From Clostridia bacterium (GTDB lineage: Bacteria; Bacillota; Clostridia; Oscillospirales; CAG-272), in the NCBI GenBank assembly GCA_017415325.1, contig JAFQGY010000247.1, forward strand, positions 2,018-66,017: a DNA stretch of 64,000 nt, in the 5' to 3' direction. Under the pieces are notes generated by a model that was given only the letters and a program-made list of their open reading frames with translations, made no database searches and was not told the DNA's origin. A program made the position numbers and the translations under genes. Shown in pieces: positions 53,638 to 62,455 of this stretch. Positions within the stretch are counted from its first letter, which is position 1. Each line of letters begins with the position of its first letter.

Positions 53638-54246
53638 TCACGCCCCTCCCAGAGCGTCCAGAACCGCATTCCTGCGCTCGTTTTCTTCTCCCGCTGTAAG
53701 AACCCGCTCACCATCCATACGCCCGTACAATCGGCTCACAGCGTCTCTCACACCCTCCGGAAGGCTGTCGTGATATTCCTGCCGCTCCCGGATGCCGGAA
53801 ATCTGCCGGAGAAACTGCCCATGCACCACCGTGTCAAGGGTTTTCTCGTCCTGCATCGCCATTTCCCGCAGAGCAGAGGGAGAGCCGCAGTACCGTTTCA
53901 GCACCGGCGGCAGTCTCTCAAATTCTTCGCAGGATCCGTACAGCCCATTTGCAGCAGCCTTCCGCAGAATCCGCCACAGTTCCTCGTCTGTAGGCTCTCC
54001 CGTGGATGCCTGTACCAGATCACGGATAGCCTTTTTTACATCCGCTATTTTCGGTGCGCTGTTGTCGGTTCTCGTTTCGATCATCATGTCAATGACAAAG
54101 TTCACCATGCGGTAATCTTCGTTTACAAAATGCCTGTGCCAGTCCATCACTGCTGCCTGAAACTCCGATTCCGGCAGATTGTGGTAGAAATATGTAAAAT
54201 GTCGTTTCAGTTTTCTGAATACTGACAAGGTTTCTTCAAGTGTCAT
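53638..54246 (-). CDS. helicase-loader candidate (G39P-like position)
   Basis: 202 aa, immediately after the replisome organizer. The call rests mostly on position. Confidence 0.4.
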   Translation of the reverse strand: MTLEETLSVFRKLKRHFTYFYHNLPESEFQAAVMDWHRHFVNEDYRMVNFVIDMMIETRTDNSAPKIADVKKAIRDLVQASTGEPTDEELWRILRKAAANGLYGSCEEFERLPPVLKRYCGSPSALREMAMQDEKTLDTVVHGQFLRQISGIRERQEYHDSLPEGVRDAVSRLYGRMDGERVLTAGEENERRNAVLDALGGA

Positions 54247-55090
54247 TGACAGCTCCTTCCATCATGGCATACAGAGAATCCCATCCGTCCGACTTTTTAT
54301 CCGCCGCTGGTGTGTGCGGTTTTTCAGGCGCATTCAGATACCCCTCAAACTTTGTGCCGAACAGCGTTTCCGGTCTCAGGTATTTCTCCATATCCGTGCC
54401 TATCCATTCGTTTGCTTTCTTCTCGATTACCAGCTTGAAATCTTCTACGGTGAATCCTTCGTTGATTCTGGCGGAAATCAGTTCTCCCGTTTTCCGGACA
54501 TTCCGGTATTTGGTTCCGATTCTCTGGTTCAGATAGTCAACGATCTCTTTCACCACCTCCGCAGAAGCCCCCTTTGGGGGTTTGGGGGTATTATCTACAC
54601 TATCCTTACCTAACCTATCCTTACCTAACCTTACCTGGGTATCCATTTTGGATACAGGTTGTATACATTCTGTGTCCATGTTGGATACATTCTGGATACA
54701 GGGTTCGGAAAGATGCATTTCCGGGGCTTCAATCACCGGCGAAACCGTGTCCATCAGGCTGTAAATCCCGTTTTCTTCCATCACATTGGATTTTTCCGCT
54801 ATGCAGTCTGTAGGATGGTACCTGTCCTTCTGGATGTAGTTATGTATTTTCCAGTGCCGGATAACCACAACCCCTGTTTCAAAGGATATGAGAAACTGTT
54901 TTGCCAGAAGCACCTTGAAGTCATCATCGCTGGCACCGCATATCCTCTGGATGGAACGGGGATTGTTGATAAACCCGTCATCGTCCGCCCTCATGGACAG
55001 ATGGAAATACAAAGCCTGCGTTGACAGCGGCATGGATAGAAACATATCACTGTCAATCACATTTTTTGCAAACATTCGTCTTTCAGCCAT
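54236..55090 (-). CDS. phage replisome organizer (N-terminal domain plus DnaD-like C-terminus)
   Basis: MAERRMFAKNVIDSDMFLSMPLSTQALYFHLSMRADDDGF is the typical N-terminus. The C-terminal ...VDYLNQRIGTKYR...EDFKLVIEKK...LRPETLFGTKFEGYLN is the DnaD-like repeat. Confidence 0.8.
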   Translation of the reverse strand: MAERRMFAKNVIDSDMFLSMPLSTQALYFHLSMRADDDGFINNPRSIQRICGASDDDFKVLLAKQFLISFETGVVVIRHWKIHNYIQKDRYHPTDCIAEKSNVMEENGIYSLMDTVSPVIEAPEMHLSEPCIQNVSNMDTECIQPVSKMDTQVRLGKDRLGKDSVDNTPKPPKGASAEVVKEIVDYLNQRIGTKYRNVRKTGELISARINEGFTVEDFKLVIEKKANEWIGTDMEKYLRPETLFGTKFEGYLNAPEKPHTPAADKKSDGWDSLYAMMEGAVNDT

Positions 55091-55399
55091 TCATTCCTCC
55101 TGATCCAAATAATTCCTACCAAATACCGCCCGGAACTGACCGATAGTCCACCCGTATCGTTCCATGGCTTTTCTCTGTGCGTATCTCTGCAGCTTCCGGT
55201 TATTTTCTGCATTCACATGTACAGCATTTTCACCAAAGATATGGCATGACTTGTGGTGGAGATACACAAACAGCCCGTACTTCTCCGACCACTTCCGGTT
55301 GGAAGCCCCGAAACAATGGTGTTTATCCAGCGGTTCCATGTGACCGTTCCCGCCGCAGAGGAAACAGTAATGCGGGTTTGCCTGTATGATGGATTTCAT
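55091..55399 (-). CDS. zinc-binding HNH/NinG-like protein
   Basis: 102 aa with CFLCGG...H...HHCF...CH. Confidence 0.4.
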   Translation of the reverse strand: MKSIIQANPHYCFLCGGNGHMEPLDKHHCFGASNRKWSEKYGLFVYLHHKSCHIFGENAVHVNAENNRKLQRYAQRKAMERYGWTIGQFRAVFGRNYLDQEE

Positions 55400-55403
55400 T
55401 TCG

Positions 55404-56105
55404 TCACCCCCACTGTTCCGCCATGGCTCTGGCTATGCCGGGAAAGGTTTTGCTTCTGTGCACCGAACTCTTTTCCTTGCCGTAAACAACCCCTTTTGCG
55501 GCTTGTTTCTTCCAGATTTCGCTGTTCCCGCATACATAAGGCCCCACCGGCTCCACAATATCTGTCGGCATAAGAGCCGGAAGACCTTTCAGCCACAGGT
55601 ATGTTTTTTTTGTGTAAGGATGCCCATATTCATACGGTTGGATTATCTGTGTCTTTTCCGGCAGTTCAACACATCGAAGCGGCACAGGATTTTCAATACA
55701 GATTCTTTCGCAGTCTGCGTTGTAAATTTCCATGAAGAATTTTTTAGCTTCCATTGCTTTTGCGAATCTGTCTGGATCTATCTGCCCTTTTTTGGGATAC
55801 ATACGGCACGCTCCGGCATTGCTCATGTATGTGCACGGTGGATGTGCTATGATCAAATCCCACCATCCATCCATTGTGTGCGCTGTGCCGTCCATTGTTT
55901 TATATCTTATCGATGGTATTCTTAATCCGGGTATGTGTGTTTTTCTGAAATTTGGATTCAGCACTTTCAGCACATCCCCCTGTATATGCCACTCAGGATG
56001 CCCACCGGAACACGGCTGTAGATCACACGAATACGCATTGTGTCCCCGTTCCCGGAATGCCGTGCATACTCTCTGCGATTCTTCACATGCTACCAGTACC
56101 TTCAT
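55404..56105 (-). CDS. C5-cytosine DNA methyltransferase-like protein (short phage type)
   Basis: MKVLVACEESQ..., IIAHPPCTYMS (PC motif), ICIENPVP (ENV-like), QPYEYGHPYTKKTYLW, and RSKTFPGIARAMAEQW. Confidence 0.6.
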   Translation of the reverse strand: MKVLVACEESQRVCTAFRERGHNAYSCDLQPCSGGHPEWHIQGDVLKVLNPNFRKTHIPGLRIPSIRYKTMDGTAHTMDGWWDLIIAHPPCTYMSNAGACRMYPKKGQIDPDRFAKAMEAKKFFMEIYNADCERICIENPVPLRCVELPEKTQIIQPYEYGHPYTKKTYLWLKGLPALMPTDIVEPVGPYVCGNSEIWKKQAAKGVVYGKEKSSVHRSKTFPGIARAMAEQWG

Positions 56106-56641
56106 TTCGTTCGTTCCTCCCAAAACTTCATCATAGCTTCAATTTCCTCCGGCGGCCTTGTCTCAATCCCCTGTGCCTTGCATTCCTCCACAATCATATC
56201 AATCAGCCTGCTCATCTGCTCTGTAGTGTAGGTGCTGCTGCCGTAATATGTCATCACATTGACATATCCGTGCCACTTTGACGGGAATGTGTCTGTCAAC
56301 CACCCGATACCATTTTTTCGCCATGCGGCACAGAACCTTTCTACCGCATCCGCCCGAACCGGAACGATTTCGTAATTGTCCCCTACATCCTTCACCATTT
56401 CCCGGTAAACGATTTCCGGCGCAATTTTCAGTTTGGCACCAAGTTTTCCCAGAAGCACCCATGCGTAGGAATTGGAATCCTGCGATCTTTTGTCCCGCCA
56501 CTTCTTCACGGAAATCTCGCACTTCTCACAAAGATTCAGCTCATCATACAGCGTTTCCGCCGCCTGTCGTTCGTTGATTTCCAGCGTCAGAATGGTTTTC
56601 CCATGCCGATCCACAGACAGATCCTTGATCCTGCCGGTCAT
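56102..56641 (-). CDS. hypothetical protein
   Basis: 179 aa, in the recombination/replication block. Confidence 0.45.
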   Translation of the reverse strand: MTGRIKDLSVDRHGKTILTLEINERQAAETLYDELNLCEKCEISVKKWRDKRSQDSNSYAWVLLGKLGAKLKIAPEIVYREMVKDVGDNYEIVPVRADAVERFCAAWRKNGIGWLTDTFPSKWHGYVNVMTYYGSSTYTTEQMSRLIDMIVEECKAQGIETRPPEEIEAMMKFWEERTK

Positions 56642-56886
56642 ACAACCTCCACAAGAACCTTAACACGTTCAATGGTGTGTACATGTACCTTAATTCCGTT
56701 CCGCATTGCAAATCTGTAGATTGCAACTCTCGCACGTGCCGCATCCGAGTATGTTCTATACTCAAACAGTACATTATGTCCCTTCGTAAGCTTTGTCAGA
56801 ATTTTATATTCCTCGGCATACTTTAACCTTTTGGATGTAGTATGCTGTCCAAAATCCACGTCACATGTGTGCTTAATCATAAACAT
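56638..56886 (-). CDS. hypothetical protein
   Basis: 82 aa. Confidence 0.4.
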   Translation of the reverse strand: MFMIKHTCDVDFGQHTTSKRLKYAEEYKILTKLTKGHNVLFEYRTYSDAARARVAIYRFAMRNGIKVHVHTIERVKVLVEVV

Positions 56887-56895
56887 TCCTCCGTT

Positions 56896-57165
56896 TTAGG
56901 ACACCACTTCCACCGTGTGCCCGTTTTTATGCACAATCCTATAAAGTCCAAGCCGCTCCACAGCCCGTCTCATCAACCGGTATTTCGATTGGGTTTCACG
57001 CTCCGTTGCATATCGGAACCGAATCATCCTGTCCGGCTCCATTTTCACCACTGCCATCACATCGGGACCATATAACCCCTGCGGTCTGCCCGGCGGATTT
57101 CCCGTTTTCGGTCTGCCCATATTACTCCTTCCCATAGGGGATAAATCCATCCCCATACAGCCCAT
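56896..57165 (-). CDS. hypothetical protein
   Basis: 89 aa. It overlaps the upstream gene end by 44 nt. Confidence 0.35.
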   Translation of the reverse strand: MGCMGMDLSPMGRSNMGRPKTGNPPGRPQGLYGPDVMAVVKMEPDRMIRFRYATERETQSKYRLMRRAVERLGLYRIVHKNGHTVEVVS

Positions 57166-58273
57166 TCAGCACATCAAATACATGCCCCATACCAAGCCCT
57201 TCTTTCGTAGGCTTCCACAGTCCGTCTTCCGGATCATACCCGCCGCCGTAGATGCAGTACAGCCACAGTTTCGGGTGCGTCCGTTTCAGCCGCTCGAACC
57301 GGCCTTCGCCTTTCTCTAAATGTGCGCCGAATCCGCAGAATATACAGCCAGTGCGATCACATCCCGTGGTACACAGCCGCTCTCCACAGAAACTTTCGTC
57401 CATGCGAATTTGCTCCGGATCATCCGCAAACACGACATCCCCATACACGGATGCTATCGGTATATCGCATTTTTTGATGTAGGCCAGCACATCTTGACCC
57501 AGCCAGAAGGACATTGGATTACTTTTTGGCTCTTTAGCTTCAAATGCATTACATCCACTTTTTAACCATGTGTTTTCTCGAAGTGTGCTTTCCTCAGCCA
57601 TCTGACCGGTAATAGGATGCTTTCCGCTCTGCCGCACAAATTCGTGCATTGGGTGCTTTTTCATCACATCGCAACACATATCTGAGACAAGAAAGTCAAC
57701 CGAAAGTAAGGATCTATATTTTTCGATAGTATATTTCGATCCATCAGCAGTCCTGTGATATTTTGCAATCATGTCCGAATCCGGCATTTCCAGACCCATA
57801 TCAACCGCTTAGGTTTCAGAAATCCCCAAATTCATGAGTCTGAGACTATATTTTTTATTTTCCAGATTTTTTCTTCCTAACCCGATGTATCCCGCCTGCC
57901 GCTTCCCAATCATCGGATACCCATATTTGGCTATCACCTCCGCAAACGTCATCTTCGGCCGCAGCACCGTGATCTGTACGTCAATATCGTATTTCGCCCT
58001 CAGATACTGCGCAAACGTCCGCACATGCTCCTTGATCTCCGGGTATTCCAGTCCCGTATCCACAAACACAAGATACAGCGGTATCCCTGCAATGGCACAC
58101 CATTTTGCCGCAATGTCCGCCAGCACCGTGGAATCTTTGCCGCCGGAAAATGATACATAGCATTGATTGTCCCAGTATGCGTACCACTCCGAAATCAGCC
58201 CCAGTGTGCGCTGGACTTTGTCATCCAGTGACTGTGCCTGCAGCTTACGCAGATCTTCACGTGTTGCCATCAC
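57122..58273 (-). pseudogene. PAPS-reductase/DndC-like PP-loop protein interrupted by one in-frame TAA
   Basis: ORF 57809-58273 carries the PP-loop SFSGGKDST. ORF 57122-57799 carries ITGQMAEESTLR and the Cys cluster CTTGCDRTGCIFCGFG. The TAA at 57811-57809 is in the same frame as the ATG at 57799, with 3 codons between them. Confidence 0.6.
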
Positions 58274-58821
58274 TTCACCTCAAACTTCCCCGGAACTTCC
58301 TTCGGCAGAATCCCATCAACAATCTCCCCGGTGTCGCTCATGGCATATACACCTTCCCCGATCTGGACGATGCTTTTCTTCACCGTTTCCCAGTCCGGTT
58401 TCTTTTCCACCTTCACCAGTCCCGGACGGTTCGCTTCCAGCCAGCCCACAAGCGCTTCTCCCGGCTGTATGTCAACCTTCGGTAACTTATACACCAACTT
58501 GGCATTCAGCAGCGCATACGAACGCTGTGTGGGCGTATCACGGGTTTTTACCGATGCCATGTAAGAGAGCAGCTGTGTTTCCAGATAATCCGTATTCCGG
58601 ATGTACCGTTCCTTGATCTCTTTCTCTCTGGCATCCAGCCGTTCCCGCTCCGCTTTCACCAGAGCAAGCAGCCTGTCCCGTTCCTCCGCTTCTTCCTTGA
58701 CAACACGTGCCGCCCAGTCTGCCTTTTCGTCATTGTCCACGATAAACGGTTTCTTACCTTCTTCGGTGATTTCTTCCATGTCCGCTTCTTCCCACGGATA
58801 GCTCAGTCTGTATTCATCCAT
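58270..58821 (-). CDS. Gam-like host-nuclease inhibitor candidate
   Basis: MDEYRL...FIVDNDEKADWAARVVKEEAEERDRLLALVKAERERLD... The coiled-coil N-terminal half and the position beside the annealing protein fit the Mu Gam-like family (from memory). Confidence 0.5.
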   Translation of the reverse strand: MDEYRLSYPWEEADMEEITEEGKKPFIVDNDEKADWAARVVKEEAEERDRLLALVKAERERLDAREKEIKERYIRNTDYLETQLLSYMASVKTRDTPTQRSYALLNAKLVYKLPKVDIQPGEALVGWLEANRPGLVKVEKKPDWETVKKSIVQIGEGVYAMSDTGEIVDGILPKEVPGKFEVK

Positions 58822-59467
58822 TGTAAGGCGCCCCCATTTCTTCCAGAATCTCAATCAGACGTTCCGGCGGTGTTGTCTTGTCGAATTGATACTGCTGCTT
58901 GCATCCATCAAAGGAAATCCCTCTTGCCACACACAGATTTTTGATCACGTTATAGGGGTGCGGCAGCTTTGCCGGTTGGGTCTGTTCCTGCTGTTTGGGA
59001 GGTTCCTGCTGTCCTTCTCCCTGTGCGGTGTATTTACTTCTCCCTGCCTCCCAATACACATCTGCACCAACGCCCAGTGCCTTACATGCCACAGACAGCG
59101 CATCCGTCAGAGCCATCTTGAAGCATTCATCAGAGGTATATTTCCCATTCCGCTCATTGGCAATATAGGAAGCACCTCCGATCCCCGGAATAGGTGCAGA
59201 CCATTCTCCGTCCACTTTCACATACAGGTTGATGTCAACAAAAGCGCACACAGAATCATTGTCCCCGGCTTCCAGTCTCTGGCTGACAATCTCATACTTC
59301 CATCCGAACCCGCACATACCGAAAGCTTCCGTGAGCATCATGATTCTCCACATGGGGTTGATGTCCGTCATGCCTTTCAGCCGACCTGCACCGATTCCTT
59401 TCTGTGCTTCTACCGGAACAACAGCAAATTTGTTGTAATATTCCATATTTTCCATTTCTTTCACCAA
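58814..59467 (-). CDS. Rad52/Sak-type single-strand annealing protein
   Basis: INPMWRIMMLTEAFGMCGFGWKYEI... resembles Rad52/22-family phage recombinases. Q/P-rich linker. Confidence 0.6.
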   Translation of the reverse strand: MVKEMENMEYYNKFAVVPVEAQKGIGAGRLKGMTDINPMWRIMMLTEAFGMCGFGWKYEIVSQRLEAGDNDSVCAFVDINLYVKVDGEWSAPIPGIGGASYIANERNGKYTSDECFKMALTDALSVACKALGVGADVYWEAGRSKYTAQGEGQQEPPKQQEQTQPAKLPHPYNVIKNLCVARGISFDGCKQQYQFDKTTPPERLIEILEEMGAPYNG

Positions 59468-59706
59468 TCCTTTCCCAGTTCAATCCCCAGCTTCAGGGTG
59501 CATCCCATCAGCCGTTCCAGATATTCCAGTGCCGACATTTTTTTCAGACAATCAGCGCAGATCACATCCCCGTCAATCGCGTGGCACTTCTCAAACTCGT
59601 CAATCTGTTTCCCGCAGTCAAAGCAGTACACCCCCGTCCCCGGTTTGGTTTCCGCTTCTTCCTCTGCCCCATGGTGGTGGCATTCGTCATACACAGCTCT
59701 CGTCAC
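59461..59706 (-). CDS. zinc-ribbon protein
   Basis: 81 aa, with CFDCGK...CADC. Confidence 0.45.
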   Translation of the reverse strand: MTRAVYDECHHHGAEEEAETKPGTGVYCFDCGKQIDEFEKCHAIDGDVICADCLKKMSALEYLERLMGCTLKLGIELGKDW

Positions 59707-59978
59707 GGTCTCCGTCCTCCTTCATCGGTCCATCCATACTTTTCCGAAAAGGTGATATACCCCCGTCTCATGGGCGGCAGGGATGCAAAGTAGTTGATAA
59801 CAGCACCAACCCCGATCCCCAGCCACACGGCAGTCTCACCGCACAGGGCAATCCCCGCATATCCAACCCATTCTTGCAGCGGGGAATTCCCCTCAACCGC
59901 ACAGGCCAGACACAGCAGCACCGCACCCAGCAGCAGGGCAGTGATACCGGCATTGATTTTTAAAGCAAGCTCTTTCAT
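59703..59978 (-). CDS. two-TM membrane protein
   Basis: Starts MKELALKINAGITALLLGAVLLCLACAV. ATGA overlap with the upstream stop. Confidence 0.45.
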   Translation of the reverse strand: MKELALKINAGITALLLGAVLLCLACAVEGNSPLQEWVGYAGIALCGETAVWLGIGVGAVINYFASLPPMRRGYITFSEKYGWTDEGGRRP

Positions 59979-60160
59979 TTGTATCTGCGCTCCCATTCTT
60001 CCCTGTTGGTTTTGAAAAGTTCGTATTCTTCCTGCAGTGCCGGATCCCGGAATGTGTCCCGCTTGTCTCCGCAAAGGTCTTTCGCCATCGACAGTACGCA
60101 CCGTCCAAGGGATTCCACAGCCCATTTCGGCACTTTGTTTGCGTCAGGTTTTGCAGCCAT
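59975..60160 (-). CDS. hypothetical protein
   Basis: 61 aa. Confidence 0.4.
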   Translation of the reverse strand: MAAKPDANKVPKWAVESLGRCVLSMAKDLCGDKRDTFRDPALQEEYELFKTNREEWERRYK

Positions 60161-60386
60161 GTTCCAACTCCTCCAATATGTCCAGCAGGTGTTTGTAAAC
60201 CACCGTTTCCTTGCCGTCTTTCAGCGGAACCTGTCGTGCCGCCTTGGACAGCAGCATCGACATGAATCCCTCGTTTACGGAATAATCCGTCCCGTCCGCT
60301 TTGCACCGCTTGGTTACTTCTTCCGCAAGTGCCGCCTGTGTCTTGTGATATACGTACCGGAGTGTGTACCGGATGTCTGTTGCCAT
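60144..60386 (-). CDS. hypothetical (possible HTH) protein
   Basis: 80 aa. Confidence 0.4.
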   Translation of the reverse strand: MATDIRYTLRYVYHKTQAALAEEVTKRCKADGTDYSVNEGFMSMLLSKAARQVPLKDGKETVVYKHLLDILEELEHGCKT

Positions 60387-60389
60387 GTT

Positions 60390-61115
60390 TCACATTCCTT
60401 CCTTTGCCATCATTGCATGGATTTTCTGCCGTCCCGTCGGCGTGATTTTCGTCTGTACGCTTGTAGTGATTTCCGTTCCCTTTGTATAAGTAAACTCAGA
60501 AACTTCAAACCACTTGTTTTTCCGCCCTTCTGCGTAAGGCACCAGCCGTCTGTGGGAATTCCGGTACACAAGTTTGTGGTCAAGCAGGAACTGAATGAAT
60601 TCCTTCTCCTTCACACCGAATGCCTTTGCCGTGTCCCGGAAACAGAGGGAACCTTTGGATTCAGCAACTCGATCGAAGTACGACGCTTTCGGTTCCATAA
60701 GGGCAATCTGTTCCGCCTGTTCCTTGATCTTCCGTTCCGCAAACAGAATCGCTCTCGCCATCAGTTCTTCCCCGGACATTTCTTCCTGTCCGGCAATGTA
60801 CCCGCCGTGTTTCCGCACAGAGGGAAGAACTTCATCGAATACCCACGATTCAAACTTCTGTGCTTCCGGCAGCTTGCTGTGGGTGATAAGCCGGTATACG
60901 TCACCTTCGGGGATGAATAACATTGTTTGAACTCCGCTTGTGGTGGGGGCTTCCATTTTGGAAACCCCCTTGCAGTGTGTGTTTACCGCTTTTGTAGGGA
61001 TTGCATACCCAAGTGCCTTTGCCACATCGCTGCCGCAGAACAGCACTTTCCCGTTTTCTTCCATCGTCCGGATTTCCCCGAACTGTTCGTTTTTGAAAAT
61101 GATGATGTCGTTCAT
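60390..61115 (-). CDS. antirepressor (BRO-N domain plus KilAC/ORF6C-type C-terminus)
   Basis: MNDIIIFKNEQFGEIRTMEENGKVLFCGSDVAKALGY...DVYRLITHSKLPEAQKFESWVFDEVLPSVRKHG is a BRO-N domain. Confidence 0.85.
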   Translation of the reverse strand: MNDIIIFKNEQFGEIRTMEENGKVLFCGSDVAKALGYAIPTKAVNTHCKGVSKMEAPTTSGVQTMLFIPEGDVYRLITHSKLPEAQKFESWVFDEVLPSVRKHGGYIAGQEEMSGEELMARAILFAERKIKEQAEQIALMEPKASYFDRVAESKGSLCFRDTAKAFGVKEKEFIQFLLDHKLVYRNSHRRLVPYAEGRKNKWFEVSEFTYTKGTEITTSVQTKITPTGRQKIHAMMAKEGM

Positions 61116-61164
61116 TTTATACTCCTGTATATACATTTATGTGGTTTATGCAACAGTGTCACTA

Positions 61165-61193
61165 TTGACTTATCGTGAAACTTATGATATAAT
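61165..61193 (+). promoter_or_regulatory. near-consensus sigma-A promoter of a small plus-strand gene
   Basis: TTGACT (61165-61170), 17 nt, then TGATATAAT (-10 at 61188-61193). Confidence 0.65.
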
Positions 61194-61224
61194 AATGAAG
61201 GAAACTATAGAAAGGAGATCCGCT

Positions 61225-61356
61225 ATGAATAAGACGACCAGTAAAGCTGTTGCATCGAAAGCTTCTAAGATTTTGCGTGATAACCGTTACAGCACAGCAT
61301 CGAAAAGTGTTGCGGGTAGTGCGCTGTCTCAGGCTCAGAAGAAGAAATCCAAATAG
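61225..61356 (+). CDS. 43-aa basic S/K/A-rich peptide
   Basis: AAAGGAG plus 7 nt, then ATG. Sequence MNKTTSKAVASKASKILRDNRYSTASKSVAGSALSQAQKKKSK. It converges on the cro-like gene at hairpin 61362-61396. Confidence 0.4.
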   Translation: MNKTTSKAVASKASKILRDNRYSTASKSVAGSALSQAQKKKSK

Positions 61357-61385
61357 CTTTTCAGAAGGTGGGATGTGGCAGCATC

Positions 61386-61583
61386 TCACTTTTCTGTTTC
61401 AAAAACCGTCAGCGGATTTTCTATATCCAGTATCCTGCAGATTTTAACGACTTCCCGGTACAGGAAGGGAACTCTGCCCTTCATTTTATTGCACATGGCA
61501 TGTTCGGAAATCCCGATCTGCTCTGCAAGCTGTTTCTGCGAAATCTTCTTCTCTTTCAGTTTCGCATAAAGCCTGACTTCCAT
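61386..61583 (-). CDS. Cro-like XRE HTH protein
   Basis: 65 aa. ISQKQLAEQIGISEHAMCNKMKG. First gene of the leftward early operon. Confidence 0.7.
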   Translation of the reverse strand: MEVRLYAKLKEKKISQKQLAEQIGISEHAMCNKMKGRVPFLYREVVKICRILDIENPLTVFETEK

Positions 61584-61638
61584 GTTCTGTCTGCTCCTTT
61601 CCCCTTATTAGGTGATTTCACTAAATTGCGTGTGTTCC

Positions 61639-61656
61639 ATCCGAAGAACTTTGGAA
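61639..61656. promoter_or_regulatory. operator-like imperfect palindrome (third copy)
   Basis: ATCCGAAGAACTTTGGAA, with 2 mismatches to the ATCCGAAG-NN-CTTCGGAT pattern. Confidence 0.45.
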
Positions 61657-61687
61657 ATTCAAATCCTCTCTTTCTTGGCTAACCCTA

Positions 61688-61716
61688 TTGACATCACCGA
61701 AATTTCGTTGTATAAT
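61688..61716 (+). promoter_or_regulatory. perfect-consensus sigma-A promoter
   Basis: TTGACA (61688-61693), 17 nt, then TATAAT (61711-61716). The next credible start codon is ~340 nt downstream, at 62065. Confidence 0.6.
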
Positions 61717-61981
61717 GAACGTGTTTGAAGGTTCACTATACAAGCTGCTCGGTCTGTCCGGGTTGCTTTTGCTATGCCTGCCCTTGGTAAGAAGTTCTTT
61801 TTCGCTTCTCCCCATAAAAACCGGGTGGTCATCCCCGGAGATTATGGAAGGACGGATTCTATGAAGTTCACCCGCTCTGGACTTGCACCAAAGCATGACA
61901 GCTATGTCGGGTGATATTTGCCATCAGGTCTGATTTGCTTTTTGGAAGGAGTGCATCAGGCTTGGTGGATGTACCTATTAT

Positions 61982-62030
61982 ATCCGAAGTTCTTCGGATT
62001 GTCAATGGGGTTATCCGAACTTCTTCGGAT
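61982..62030. promoter_or_regulatory. two 18-bp operator palindromes
   Basis: ATCCGAAGTTCTTCGGAT (61982-61999) and ATCCGAACTTCTTCGGAT (62013-62030), 31 bp centre to centre. Confidence 0.65.
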
Positions 62031-62064
62031 TCTACCGATTGGCCAAAATGGAGGTATTTTTGTT

Positions 62065-62295
62065 ATGCACAATCCCCAAACACTTGCGAATGTTATCAAA
62101 ACCACCGCCCAAAACAAAGGGTTTTCCGTGGCACAAATGCTGAGAGATTGTGGATTAAACAAAGATCTGATTTCGACCACACAGTCAAAAGGGTATTACC
62201 CAAGAGTTGATGCCCTGGCTTCTATCGCCGACTACCTCGATGTCTCAGTTGACTTCCTTCTCGGCAGAACCGACATCCCTGAGGTGAACCGGTAG
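62065..62295 (+). CDS. XRE-family HTH repressor-like protein
   Basis: ATG at 62065 follows GGAGG plus 9 nt. FSVAQMLRDCGLNKDLISTTQSKG...LDVSVDFLLGR. Confidence 0.7.
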   Translation: MHNPQTLANVIKTTAQNKGFSVAQMLRDCGLNKDLISTTQSKGYYPRVDALASIADYLDVSVDFLLGRTDIPEVNR

Positions 62296-62389
62296 TACAG
62301 CGGATCCCACCACTCGGCAGGATCACCGCACAACCGGGAGAAAAATTGAAGATAGACGCACAGCGTATGTTGTATTCCCCTTTCGGGGT

Positions 62390-62455
62390 TGGTCACACTT
62401 TGCGGAATCGAACCGCAGGACGGGGTGTTGTAGCCCAGTCTGAACCATCTGTGTG
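62390..62455 (-). ncRNA. tRNA-like element lacking a D arm, with encoded ACCA
   Basis: Minus strand has CACAC...GTGTG (5-bp acceptor-like helix), the canonical T arm TGCGG-TTCGATT-CCGCA, the central hairpin GAC(U)GGG...CCCGUC, and a 3' ACCA. It is flanked by hairpins at 62462-62494 and CCCCGAAAGGGG (62377-62388). At 66 nt it is too short for a canonical tRNA. Confidence 0.4.

Noticed and set aside
57809-57811. In-frame TAA as evidence for stop-codon reassignment in the phage
   Set aside because: The endolysin, the giant gene and many other ORFs terminate on TAA at sensible positions. A nonsense mutation or a split gene is the simpler reading.
59893-60393. 166-aa minus-strand ORF
   Set aside because: It overlaps three shorter ORFs that have overlapping start/stop coupling and protein-like sequences. 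Its own sequence is R/G/T-rich junk.
61621-61896. 91-aa minus-strand ORF in the immunity-region leader
   Set aside because: It has no SD and a junk-like composition. It overlaps a perfect plus-strand promoter and its leader.
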